From NCBI GenBank assembly GCA_963575745.1, contig CAUYUJ010000331.1, positions 62,001 to 115,272 on the forward strand: a DNA stretch of 53,272 nt, written 5' to 3'. Shown here piece by piece: positions 17,890 to 30,155 of the stretch. Source of the DNA: Prorocentrum cordatum (lineage: Eukaryota). Position 1 is the first letter of the stretch; each line of letters starts with the position of its first letter. A program made the position numbers and the translations under genes. The notes under the pieces are model-generated. The model was not told the DNA's origin, did no database searches, and saw only the letters and a list, made by a program, of their open reading frames with translations.

Positions 17890-20800
17890 AGCAAAACAGC
17901 GCTTGCTGGGAGCGTTCGCGCGGGCTTGCATCGCGAATAAGCGTTTGGAGCTTGGGTGCGCCGCGCGCAGCGCAGTACGATCGAAGGAGGGCCGAATCTG
18001 CGAACCTCTGCTGAAAGTTGAAGCCCAAACAGCCACGCACGCAATTGCCACACACCCACGCGACACGCAAGCGCGCGCACTGTGAGCACCGCACGACGCA
18101 CACACCACGCGCAGACGTTGTCGCGCATGTCGCGCGCCCGGGCGCGCGCGCACAGTCGCGCTCGCGCCCGCACCGCGCCGGGCACCGCGCTCGCGCCCGC
18201 TGCGCGTTCGCGCCCGCTGGCGCACGCGTGCGCGCGAGCAAGACCCGCACCTCGCAATCGCGCGTGCTGCTTGTGGCACGCAAGCGCATAGCATTCCCAC
18301 TGCGCCACGCGCACACCACACGCACTTGTCGCGCATGTCGCGCGCACGCGCGCGAGGGCGCGTTCGCGCGCGCGGCGCGGCGCGCCCGACACGTGTCTAC
18401 ATCGCGCTTGTGCGAGCGCGCGCGCGCCCGTTGCGCGCGCCCTCGACTCTGCCACTCGCGCCTGCAGCCGCGCGAGATCGGAGGAAGAGGTCGCACATAT
18501 CGCGCATGCTGCGCCTGTTCGCGCTCGAGGGCGGCAACTGCGTCCGAACAGCCACGCACGCAAACAGCTACACGCGCACGGACACTCCGCTGATGTCGCG
18601 CCAGCCCTTCGCGCGCGACTGCTGCGCGTGGCTCTCGTCCCCAGCGCAGCGCGCGCGAGATCTACCATGTGGAAGTTGCTGCTTCTCAAATTGCGCGCGC
18701 GCGCGTGCGCGCCGCGTCTGCGTGTTTGCGCGCGCGCTGCACGCGAATCAGGCGTCGCGCGCGAACGCGCCCTCAACGCACGGGGGTGGACGCCTGCAAC
18801 GCGGCAACCTCGCGTGCGCGCGAGAAGGGTTCGCGCACGCTGGCGCGCACACGAGCGCGCGCACATGCGCGCACGGCCCTGCTCACGCGCTCGCACGCGC
18901 CGCACACGCACATGAGCTGCGCGTAAAGCAGTGTGCATGATATGCAAGCGGTCGGGGCGATGCGCGTGTGGCTGTTGCGTCTTTGGCTGTTCCGACCTTG
19001 ATTTCCAGCGAGGGTGCGCAGATGCGGCCACAGCGCGCAGGCACGTCGGCGCATGCGCGTTTAAGGCGAGTGCAGAGGCGTGCTCTCGAGTGCGCGCGGC
19101 GGCGCGTGCGCGCCCACAGCGCGCTCGCGCGTATGTGGGAAACTCCGGCGAGCCCAGCAAGCGTGCGTGCGCGCAGCTCGCGTGCCGGAAGCGTGTGGGC
19201 ATGCATGTCCGCTGCTGGCTTGCCACTCGCGTGCGCGCGAGATCGAGGGAACTGCAACTTCGACATTGCCATGTCACGCATGTGGCGCCTGCCCGCGCTC
19301 TGGAGTCGCACCTGCGAGTCCCCGCTGGGACTTGAAGTCGCACAGCCACGCAGAACGCGCGCGCAAGCCAGCGCGCGCGTACTATGCACACCGCACAACG
19401 CGCACACACACGCACACGTCGCCTGTGTCGCTCTCGCGCGCTCGCGTTCGCTCGCGCGGCCCGCCAGATACGTGTTTGCAGCGATTGTGCCCACGCGCGC
19501 CCGCGCCTACGCTCGGCGCGCGCTCGCGCTTGCAGGGTGCGCGAAATCTGAAGTCGCACATGTCGCGGGCATGTCGTGCTTGCGTGCGCTCGGGAGCCGC
19601 ATCTGCGCACGCCCAATGGCAATAGGAGTCAGAACAGCCACGCATGCAACAGCCACGTGCGCGCGCGAGCGCGCGCACGCGCACGCGCTCACACTCCACG
19701 CTCACACACACAGCGCGCGACAAGCGCGGCATATGCGCGTGGTGTGCGGTGCAAGTGGTGTGCGTGTTTGTGTGTTGGAAGTGTCTATTTTCATGCGCGC
19801 GCGTGCGGTGTGTGTGCCTGTGCGTGTGCGGCAGATGCGCTTTCGCGGCGCGCGCACGAGTTTGCCACACGTGCGCGCATGCGCGCGCTCTCATGCGCAC
19901 CCCCGCGGTCGGTGCATGCGCGTTTGAGGCGCGTGCCCCGGCGTGCGCGCCGCTGGCGCGCGCGTGCGCCGCGCGCCTGCACCGCGCGTGCGAGGAGCGC
20001 CGCGCGCGTGCCCGCCCTTACATGGCAGATTCCGCGCACACTGCGGCACGCGCGAACGCGCACGCAAGGGAGGCGCGCGCACACAATCGCTGCAGACACG
20101 TGTGTCGCGCGCGCGCACGCGCAGGGCAGGCGCGACATGCGCGACGTGTCCGCGCGGTGTGCGCTCGCCGCGCCCGCGCGTTTAGCTCAGCGTGCGTGGC
20201 TGTTCGGACTTCACTTTGCAGCGAGATGCGCAGATGTGACTGGGAGCGCGGACGCGCGCGACAGGCGCGATATGTGCGACCTGTTCCTCCGATCTCGCGC
20301 TCGCTGCGGGCGCGTGGGTCAAGCGCGAGGGCGCGCGCAGCGCAGGCGCGCGTTCGCTCGCACACGGGCGCAGCAGGCATGTGTCGGGCGCGAACGCGCG
20401 AACGCGCTCCGACTGCGCGACCGAGCCCCGGCGGCACGCGCGCGCGACATGCAGTTCGCGCGAACGCGCCGCGTGCTGTTCGGAGCTCAATTTCCAGCAG
20501 GGATTCGCAGATGCGGCCCCAGAGCTCGGGCACGCGCGGCGCGACATGCGCGACATGGCAAGTTTGAAGTTGCAGTTACCCCGATCTTGCGCGCACTCAG
20601 CAGGCGCGCACCAAGCGCAGGCGCGCACGCGCGCGAGCGTGCGCTACAGTCACGCATCTGGAGCCGCGCGCGCGAGTGCGCCCCCGCAGGCCGGCGGGGG
20701 CGCCGCACATGGCGCGTTCGCGCGCGCAGCGCCAGATATCGGTCTGCAGCGCCCATGCAAGCGCCCACGTTACTGCGCTGCGCACGCGCTCGCGCTTGCC

Positions 20801-21804
20801 GCTGCGAGCGAGACCAGGGGAACGCAAACTTCAACATGGCCATGTCGCACGTATCGACATCGCGACTGCCCGCGCTGCAGAGCCGCATCCCTGCTGGGAG
20901 TTCCATTCCGAGCAGCCACGCACGCGTGCGCGCGCGAGCGCGAGCATACCGTGCGCACCGCACCCCACCCGCACACCACGCGCAGATGTCGTGCACGTCG
21001 CGCGTGCGCGCACGGTCACTGCGCGTCCACGCAAACTGCGTGCCAGGCACATGTCTGCAGCGCGCGTGCGCGCGAGCGCGACCTGCGCTTCGCAAGTGAT
21101 CCCACGCGCTGCTTGTGGCGCGCGCGCAAACCATTCGCACCGCACCACGCGCACACCAGACGCACAGATCACGCATGTCGCACGCACGTGCCGTCGAGGC
21201 TCGTGCGCGGTTGAAGGGCGTTCGCGCGTTCGCTCCTAGCGTGTCTACTGCGCGCGTGTGCGAGCGCACGCGCGCCTGCGCTGCGCGCGCCCTCGTGCTT
21301 GACCCTCGCGCCCGCAGCGAGCGCGAGATCGGAGGAACAGGTCGCACATATCGCGCCTGTCGCGCGTTGCCGCGCTCCCAGTCACATCTGCGCATCTCGC
21401 TCGAAACTGAAGTCCGAACAGCCACGCACGCTGAGCTAAACGCGCGGGCGCGTCGGGCCGCACGGACACGTCGCGCATTTCGCGCCTGCCCTGCGCGAGC
21501 GCGCGCCAAACACGTGACTGCAGCGATTGTGCGCGCGCGCCTCCCTTGCGTGCGCGATCGCGCGTGCCGCTCGCGCCCAGCGCAGTGTGCGCGGAATCTG
21601 CCATGTTAAAGTTGCTGGCGCCTGCGTGTTTGCGCGCGCGCGCTGCGCGCGCCTGAGACGCCACGCGCGCGAGAGCATGCCAGAGCCCAAAACGCGCATT
21701 CATTGACCGCTGCAACACATGAGCGCGCGCACATGCGCGCACGAGTGGGGCACAGGCGCGCGCGCGCGTGGCGCAAGCGCATTTGCCGCACACGTGCGCA
21801 CTCA

Positions 21805-21854
<50 letters not shown>

Positions 21855-21874
21855 CACACACACACACACGCACG

Positions 21875-21943
<69 letters not shown>

Positions 21944-23349
21944 GCGCACGCGAGCGCAACACACATAAACACGCACACACAGAAATTCACGCGCGCGCGT
22001 GCGCGTGAGCGTGTGTGGCGCAGATGCGGCCCCCAAGCGCAGGCGCGGCTCGCGCCATGTGCGACATAGCATGTTGAAGTTGCTGTTCCTGAGATCTCGC
22101 GCCCGCTGCGCGGGCGCGAGCGGCACAGCGCGCGCGATCGAGTGCGCAGCGCATCTGGGGGGTTGCGCGAGCGAACGCGAGCGCGCGCGACATGAGCGAC
22201 ATGTGCGTGTGTGTGTGCGTACGCGCGCGCTGGCGCGTGTCGCGCTGCTGTTCGGAGCTCAATTTCCAGCAGGGATTCGCAGATGCGGCCCCAGAGCGCG
22301 GGCACGCGCGGCGCGACATGCGCGACATGGGAAGTTTGAAGTTGCGGTTGCGCCGGCGCGGGCGCCGCCCACGGCGCGTTCGCGCGCGCAGCGCCAGATA
22401 CCTGTCTACAGCGCCCATGCAAGCGCGCACGTTACTGCGCTGCGCACGTACTAGCGCTTGCCGCAAGCTCGCAGTGTAGAACGCGCGAGATCCGAGGAAC
22501 GCGAACTTCAACATGGCCATGTCGCACGCATCGACATCGCGACTGCCCGCGCTCGAGAGCCGCATCCAGGCTGGGAGTTCCATTCCGAGCAGCCACGCAC
22601 GCGTGCGCGCGCGAGCGCGAGCATACCGTGCGCACCGAACCCGCAGACCACGCGCAGATCGCGCATGTCTCGAGCGCGCGCGCACGCAACACGCGCCAGC
22701 GCGCGCATACACACGCGCACATGTCGCTCATGTCTCTGGCGCGCGCTCGTGTTCTCTCGCGAACCCCCCAGCTCGCTCGCGCAAGCCCTCAGATGCGCTG
22801 CGCACGCGATCGCGCGTGCCGTGCCGCTCGTGCCCCACGCAGCGCGCGCGAGATCTGAGAAACAGCCACTTCAACATGCTTTGTCGAGCATGTGTCGCAC
22901 GTGCGTGCGCTCGAGGGCCGCATCTGCGCATCCCCACTGGCAACAGGGATCAGAACAGCAACGCGTGCAACGGCCACGCACGCGCTCACCCCACGCTCAC
23001 ACGCACGCGCTCGACAAGCGCGGCACGTGTGTGTGGTGTGCGTGTGTGCGCGGGCAGGGAAGGCACGCGAAGCGGCGGAGGGGAAGGGGAGGGGCGGGAG
23101 GCACGATAGGGTGGCCAGGCAAGGGGGATGGAGCGGCAGCCGCCCAGCACCGCGCGGTGCACGTGGTGTGCGCCCTCGCGCGCCCGCGTGTGTTTGTGTG
23201 TGTGTGTGCGTGTTTGCGCTCGCGTTCGCGTGTGCGTGTGTTTGTGTGTGCGTGTGTGTGTGAGTGCGCGCGTGTGCGGAATATGCGCTTGCGCCACGCG
23301 CGCGCGCCTGTGCCTCACGCGCAAGCGCATGTGCGCGCTCATGTGCACC
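17890..23349. repeat. Alternating purine-pyrimidine, CpG-saturated repeat domain built from modules in both orientations
   Basis: Continuous CG/CA/TG alternation. Inverted pair ~20019-20410 and ~21222-21606. Direct pair ~20470-20990 and ~22240-22660. Confidence 0.88.
21811..21941. repeat. (CA)n microsatellite with a few CG interruptions
   Basis: About 130 bp of CA repeat. Confidence 0.97.
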
Positions 23350-23479
23350 ACAGGCTCAGATTGCTATTCTGGGCCCGCTCGGGGGAGCGCCAAAACAGGC
23401 TCCGATTGCCATTCTGGGCGCGCCTGCTCAGGAGAGCGCCAAAACAGGCTCAGATTCCTATTCTGGGCGCGCTTGCTTG

Positions 23480-23566
23480 GGATGATTGGTCAGGCGCTGT
23501 AAACCATGGCAAAATATTTTATACATGTGACTCCTCAGTAGAGAAGTGTAAAGGTTTAAACGACCG
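23480..23566. repeat. AT-rich block duplicated at 24700-24786 (offset 1220), closing each 49-bp array
   Basis: TAAACCAYGGCAAAATATTTTATACATGTGACTCCTCAGTARAGAAGTGYAAAGGTTTAAACGACCG occurs in both places. Confidence 0.9.
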
Positions 23567-23668
23567 AATAATTCTGTAAACCTGTTTGAAAAGATTTTTG
23601 CCATGGTTTAAAGCCATGGAGAGATTTGGTGAGGTTTAAAGAAAAGCTCGTGTAGAGTACCGGGTTGT

Positions 23669-23820
23669 CCGGGACTCTTCCAGGTGTGTTCCGGGACTCT
23701 TCCAGGTGTGTTCCGAGACTCTTCTGGGCGCGTTCCAGGACTCTACCAGGTTTGTCCCGGCACTCTTCCGGGTGTGCTCCGGGACTCTTCCAAGTGTGTT
23801 CCGGACTTTTCCGGGTCTGC
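23669..23820. repeat. 22-bp minisatellite CCGGGACTCTTCCAGGTGTGTT, about 7 copies
   Basis: Units start at 23669, 23691, 23713 and onward. Confidence 0.9.
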
Positions 23821-25526
23821 TCCGCCGAAACAAGGCTCAGGTTGCAATTCTGGGCACGCCTGCTCGGGAGAACGCTGACACGGGCTCAGATTGCTATTCC
23901 GGGCGCCCGTGCTTCAGAGAGCGCCGAAACAGGCTCAGATTGCTATTCTAGGCGCGCCTGCTCGGGAGAGCGCCAAAACAGGCTCAGATTGCTATTCTGG
24001 TCGCGCCCGCTCGGGAGAGCGCCAAAACAGGCTCAGATTGTCATTCTAGGCGCGCCTGCTCAGTAGAGCGCCAATCCAGGCTCAGATTGTTATTCCGGGC
24101 GCGCCCGCTCGGAAAAGCGGCAAAACAGGCTCAGAGTGCCATTCTGGGCGCGCCTGCTTGGGAGAACGCCAAAACAGGCTCAGAGTGCTATTCTGGGCGC
24201 GCCTGCTCGGGAGAACGCCAAAACAGGTTCAGACTGCTATTCTGGGTGCGCCCGCTGGGGAGAGAGCCAAACCAAGCCAAGATTGATATTCTGGGCGCGC
24301 CTGCTCAGGAGAGTGCCAAAGCAGGCCCAGATTGCTATTCTGGGCGCGCCCGCTCAGGAGAGCGCCAAAGCAGGCTCAGATTGCTATTCTGGGCGCATCC
24401 GCTCGGGAGAGCGCCAGAACAGGCTCAGATTGCTATTCTGGGCGCGCCTGCTCGGGAGAGTGCCAAAGCAGGCTCAGATTGCTATTCTGGGCGCGCCCGT
24501 TCGGGAGAGCGCCAAAACAAGCTCAGATTGCTATTCTGGGCGCGCCTGCTCGGGAGAGTGCCAAAGCAGGCTCAGATTGCTATTCTGCGCGCGCCCGCTC
24601 GGGAGAGCGCCAAAACAGGCTCCGATTGCCATTCTGGGCGCGCCTGCTCAGGAGAGCGCCAAAACAGGCTCAGATCCCTATTCTGGGCGCGCCTGCTTGG
24701 GCTGATTGGGCAGGCGCTTTAAACCACGGCAAAATATTTTATACATGTGACTCCTCAGTAAAGAAGTGCAAAGGTTTAAACGACCGCCATCATCTGCAAA
24801 ACTTTTCCGCCCCGTCTTAGACTCTGGCGGGACCTGGCGCGCGCGCGGCTGGCACGCGCGCGCGTCGCTCGTGCGCGCGCTTGCACCGCGCCTGCGCGTG
24901 TATGGCGCTCTCACGCAAGCGTGGCCGGCGAGCGTGCGCGCGTCCGTGCGCGGCCATGGCCCTCCGCTGGAGAACGTCGAAGTGAACGCCGTCCTGACCC
25001 CACCGTTCATTCAGCGATGCAGATCATAATGTGCACGCAGCAGAAAAAATCCGCCATGCTGCGCGCCTTCGTGCGGATTACCTTTAAGCCCCCACTCGCG
25101 ATGCCCGATGAAGGTCGCGAAGTTGTCAAGATTTTATAAATGACTCCACGCTGGGCGGTGATGATCGCAGAGATCTTCTCCTTCTGCAGAGCCGATCCGA
25201 GCCTGGCCCTTGTCGTTGGCGATCTTGGCTCTGGCCTCGAACTTCGCCCGGATTGCCTCGGACCAAAGGTGTTTTTATCGAAACTCTACAAGCTCACCTC
25301 CACGAGGATGTCTTGAAGCTTGAAGGTGAGTCCCTCCAGCTTGCCTTTCTGGAGCGCCTGGATCTTTAGTTCTGCGAGCTGCTTCACAGCTTCGCCCATT
25401 CTGGCCACGTCCCGACGCCTGCCTTCTGGAGCCGAGCGGGCGGGTGGTCCAGCGTGGGCGCACCTGGTCTGCTCTGCACCTTGAGTGCGAAGACCACCTG
25501 TGCCGGCGAAACCTTCCCGTCGATCG

Positions 25527-26490
25527 CTGGCAGATCCTTGGGGAACGCATCAGGAACACAGGAGCAACGGAGTCGATCCTACAGATCCTCGCGGGAAGCC
25601 TGGGGGACGCCCAGGGAACCGAGCCGATTCTTGGCAGACCCCTAAGAAGCGCTTAGTTCGGTAACGCCAAGTGAGCCGAGTCGTTCTGTGGCAGATCCTT
25701 AGGCGACGCATAGGGGAAGCCTAGGGAACTGCATCAATCCTTGGCAGATCTCTAGGAGGCTCCTAGGGAACGCTTAAGGAAACGCTGGCAGATCCTTTGG
25801 CCACGCCTACGGAACGCCGAGGGAGCCGAGTCGATCCCTGGCCAGACCTAGGCGTCGCGCAGGCAGGGGATGCTTGGGGAAGGTAGAGGGAATGCCGAGG
25901 GACCAAGTGGATCCATGGCAGATCGCAAGGGAACGCCTAGGGAACGCCTGGGAAACGCCGAGGGACTGAGTCGATCCGTGGCAGATCCTTAGAAAACGCT
26001 GGAGGACCCCCTCGGAAACCTAGTCGATCCCCTGGAAGATCCCTAGTGGACGTCTAGGGACGGAGTCGACCCTGGTAGATCCCTAAGGAACGCCTCGGGA
26101 ACGCCGAGGGAAGGGAACGCCAAGGGAACCCCCAGGGTTCCGAGTAGATCCCTCGCCGATCCCTGAGGAACGCCTAGGGAACGCCTAGGGATGCGGCTGG
26201 ATCACTGGCTGATGCCTAGGGAACGTCTAGGCAACCAAGTGGGTCCCTGGCAGATCCCAAGGAAACGCATCGGGAACGCCGAGGGAACCTAGCCCAGCAC
26301 TGGCAAATCCTTAAACCGAGTCGATCCCGAGTCGATGCCCCTGGCAAATCCCGAAAGCAAGCTAAGGCACGTCGAAGGAAACGAATGGATCCCGGGCAGC
26401 TTAGGGCACAGAGTCGACGCATGGCAAAATGAACGCTTAGGAACGCTTAAAAAACGGCTAGAGGACGCAAGGGAACGCCTACGGAACCCA
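25527..26490. repeat. Degenerate satellite of GGGAACGCC(T/G)A and GAGTCGATCCCTGGCAGATCCCT submotifs
   Basis: These submotifs recur roughly every 50-60 bp over ~1 kb. Confidence 0.8.
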
Positions 26491-28571
26491 AAAGTTGCCA
26501 CATTGTCCGCCTCGGCCGGCTGGGCCAACTAGCTCCACCCCGCGACGGAATTACAGGCAGACGCGGCTGATGTCTCCCAATCGATTCCTGTGAAGACCAG
26601 CCCTGCAGCCTCCCTACAGTCCGAGTTAAGTGCAGAAAACCAACAGCACCTCTCAAGATAACTCGAAGAATACGAATAGGTTCGCGGACCTAGTTCGGGC
26701 AGCAGACCGAGTTCCGAGCTCTGGATTCGACAGGCAGACGCGGCTGATGTCTCCCAATCGATTCCTGTGACCATCAGCACTGTAGCCCTTCACAGCCCGA
26801 GTTGAATACAGAAAACCGAGAGCACCTCTCAAGATGTCTCGAACAATACGAATAGTTCCGCAATAGATTGGGCGACAGACCGAGTTCAGAGCTGTCATTC
26901 AACAGGCGAACGCGACTGATGATTATCAGCTCTGCAGCTGTCATACAGCTCGAGTTGTGAGTGCAGAAAACCGAGAGCGCTTGTTAAGATCACTCGAATA
27001 GTACGAACAGTCTGCGAACCTAACTCGGCTAGCAGACCGAGTTCAGATCTCTAGATGCAACAGACGAACGCGCCTGATCATTCTGAATCGACAAGGTGTG
27101 CTTACGAGCTCTGTAGCTGCCCTGTATCTCGAGTGAAGTCCAATATACCGAGAGCGCGTGGTGAACCGGCAACCAGATAACCGCCGGGAGCTTCGTAGAG
27201 CTCTGTTCTCGCGCGGCGCTGCTCGAAGCACACGGGAAAGGCTTTCTCAAGCGTGCAGAAAAATGCTCGAACCTTGTTTTTCATTCTGTATCTTCTTTCA
27301 TGAACCTTGCTAGCCAGACTCAGTTCAGATTTCGGTCCGAGAGAAAGCGCCGGGTGATACTGGATGGTTATGTATGCGTACCAGCTCTGTAGCCATTCTA
27401 AAACATAACACCGACAACACCTATGAAGATGACTCGTATAATGCGAGTAGTGTGCAGCTCTAGCTCGGGTAGCAGACCGAGTGCACACCTCTTGATCGAA
27501 TATACGAACGCTCCTGACGATTCTGAATCCATTTCTACAAGCAGCAGCTCTGTAGCTGTCCTAAATCTCGAGTTAAGTGAAACCGTAAACGCGTGTCACT
27601 TGCTCTTTTGTTGCGCAGCGCTCCTCAGAACACATGAAGGAAGCTTCTAAAGCGAGAGCCGAAAAATTCGAAAAACTGGGCGCCGGCGGTAAGCCGTCAA
27701 CCTGGTTACCGCCGAGGACCTCGTAGAGCTCTTTTCTTGCCCAGCTCCTCGGAACACGTGAAGCAAGCTGAAGCGAGAGCCAAAAAACTCCAAAAAATCG
27801 ATCGCATACAAATAGCTTTGCGGACTTAGCTCGAGAAGCAGACTCTGTTCAGAGCTCTAGATGCTACAGCCAAACGCCCTTGATGATTCTGTATCGGTTT
27901 CTGTGCGTACCACCTCTGTAGCTGTGCTACAGCTAGAGTTAAGTGCAGAATACCGACAGCGCCTCTAAAGAGAACATGAGAAATACGAATAGTGTTGTGG
28001 ACCTAGCTCGACTAGCACAACGAGTTCAGGCCTCTCGATGCAACAGACGCAAGCGCCTGGTGATACTGAATCAGTTTATGTGCGTACCAGCTCTGTAGCT
28101 CCTCTGAATCTTGAGTTGAGTACAGAAAACCGGCATCACTGGTGAAGATGACTTTTACGGACCTAGCTCGAGTAGCAGACCGAGTTCAGGCCTCTGGATG
28201 CAACAGGCGAACGCGCCTGATCATTCTGAATCGGTTTCTGTAAGTATCAGCTCTGTAGCTCTCGAAATCTCGAGTTAAGTACAGAAAACCGTGAACGCGT
28301 GTCAAGATGACTCGGAACGCAGTTGGTTCCAGCAAGTCTTTTGATAGTAATATTGCAGCTACGGACCTGAGAATTTAACTGGCAGACGCGGCATAACTCA
28401 CTACACGTGAGAAAAATACCGGCTCTGAAAATGAATTGTCAAATATCTTTCAAATCAAAGCAAAAACGACCCAAGGTTATCACATTGTCTCTTATGGTCG
28501 GGTCGGCCAACTAGCTCCACCCCGCGCCGGAATTCCTCTAGCTCATCGATGCCGAAGAGCTCTACGAGGTA

Positions 28572-30155
28572 ATTTTGGACTGCCAACGTGAAGTCGGTCC
28601 CTGGTTTCGCTCGGGAGAATTGTTCGACGGAATGAACTAAGAATTTGTGGGGTAACTTCTGTAATGCCAAGCTTCGCTCTGCGCAAATAGCAGCCCAAAC
28701 GAATTGTTAGAACTGCAAAATCGGCTGAGCCAGGCCGCGGAAGGTATGATCGCGTCCCTTTTCGACATTTCGCCAACTAGCTCCACCCTGTCGCCGAATT
28801 CCTCTAGCTCTTCTACCATCAGAGCTCTACGAGACACTAGAAGTGCAAGCAGACGCCTAAGAGAACTAGCAGTGCAAGCCGATAGCTTCTGATGGAAATG
28901 TCTGCAAAACTGGAAAATTGCATGTTTGGACTGCCAACATGAAGTCGGTCCCTGGCTTCGCTCGGGAGAATTTTTCGACGGAATGAACTAAGAATTTGTG
29001 GGGTAACTTCTGTAATGCCAAGCTTCGCTCTGCGCAAATAGCAGCCTGAACGAATTGTTAGAACTGCAAAATCGGTTGAGCCAGTCTGCGGAAGGTATGA
29101 TCGCGTCCCTTTTCGACATTTCGCCAACTAGCTCCACCCTGTCACCGAATTCCTCTAGCTCTTCTACCATCAGAGCTCTACGAGGCACTAGAAGTGCAAG
29201 CAGACGCCTGAGAGAACTAGAAGTGCAAGCAGATAGCTTCTGGTGGCATTTTCTGCAAAACTGGAAAATTGCATTTCTGGACTGCCAACGTGAAGTCGGT
29301 CCCTGGCTTCGCTCGGGAGATTTGTTCGACGGAATGAACGAAGAAATTGTGAGGTAACTTCTGTAATGCCAAGCTTCACTCTGCGCGAATAGCAGCCCAA
29401 ACGAATTGTTAGAACTGCAAAATCGGCTGAGCCAGGCCGCGGAAGGTATGATCGCGTCCCTTTTCGACATTTCGCCAACTAGCTCCACCCTGTCGCCGAA
29501 TTCCTCTAGCTCATCGATGCCGAAGAGCTCTACGAGGTAATTTTGGACTGCCAACGTGAAGTCGGTCCCTGGTTTCGCTCGGGAGAATTGTTCGACGGAA
29601 TGAACTAAGAATTTGTGGGGTAACTTCTGTAATGCCAAGCTTCGCTCTGCGCAAATAGCAGCCCAAACGAATTGTTAGAACTGTAAAATCGGCTGAGCCA
29701 GGCCGCGGAAGGTATGATCGCGTCCCTTTTCGACATTTCGCCAACTAGCTCCACCCTGTCGCCGAATTCCTCTAGCTCTTCTACCATCAGAGCTCTGCGA
29801 GGCACTAGAAGTGCAAGCAGACGCCTGAGAGAACTAGAAGTGCAAGCCGATAGCTTCTGATGGCATTTTCTGCAAAACTGGAAAATTGCAGTTTTGGACT
29901 GTCAACGTGAAGTCGGTCCCTGGCTTCGCTCGGGAGAATTTTTCGACGCAATGAACTAAAAATTTGTGAGGTAACTTCTGTAATGCCAAGCTTCGCTCTG
30001 CGCAAATAGCAGCCCAAACGAATTGTTAGAACTGCAAAATCGGTTGAGCCAGTCTGCGGAAGGTATGATCGCGTCCCTTTTCGACATTTCGCCAACTAGC
30101 TCCACCCTGTCGCCGAATTCCTCTAGCTCTTCTACCATCAGAGCTCTACGAGGCA
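28572..30155 (-). repeat. Five tandem copies of a ~266/351-bp unit sharing the S-type 5' terminus; includes a 968-bp offset duplication
   Basis: Complete unit 28837-29187 runs CTAGAAGTGCAAGC...GAGCTCTACGAGGCA. Near-identical ORF artefacts recur at offsets 351 and 968. Confidence 0.88.

Larger units (their letters stand above)
23350..24715. repeat. 49-bp minisatellite AAAACAGGCTCAGATTGCTATTCTGGGCGCGCCTGCTCGGGAGAGCGCC (about 3 copies at 23350-23480 and about 18 at 23830-24700)
   Basis: The unit is read directly. 49 is not a multiple of 3, so the overlapping repeat ORFs cycle through frames. Confidence 0.95.

Noticed and set aside
17335..23579. Many long overlapping Arg/Ala/Cys/His-rich ORFs (up to 578 aa) on both strands
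   Set aside because: They are products of stop-poor alternating RY sequence and microsatellites. There are no domain motifs, all frames are open, and one ORF runs antisense into the rRNA fragment.
23665..24820. Repeat-protein-like ORFs (QAQIAILGAPARESAKTGSDCYSGR...)
   Set aside because: These are translations of a 49-bp unit that is not a multiple of 3, so the same peptides appear in all three frames.
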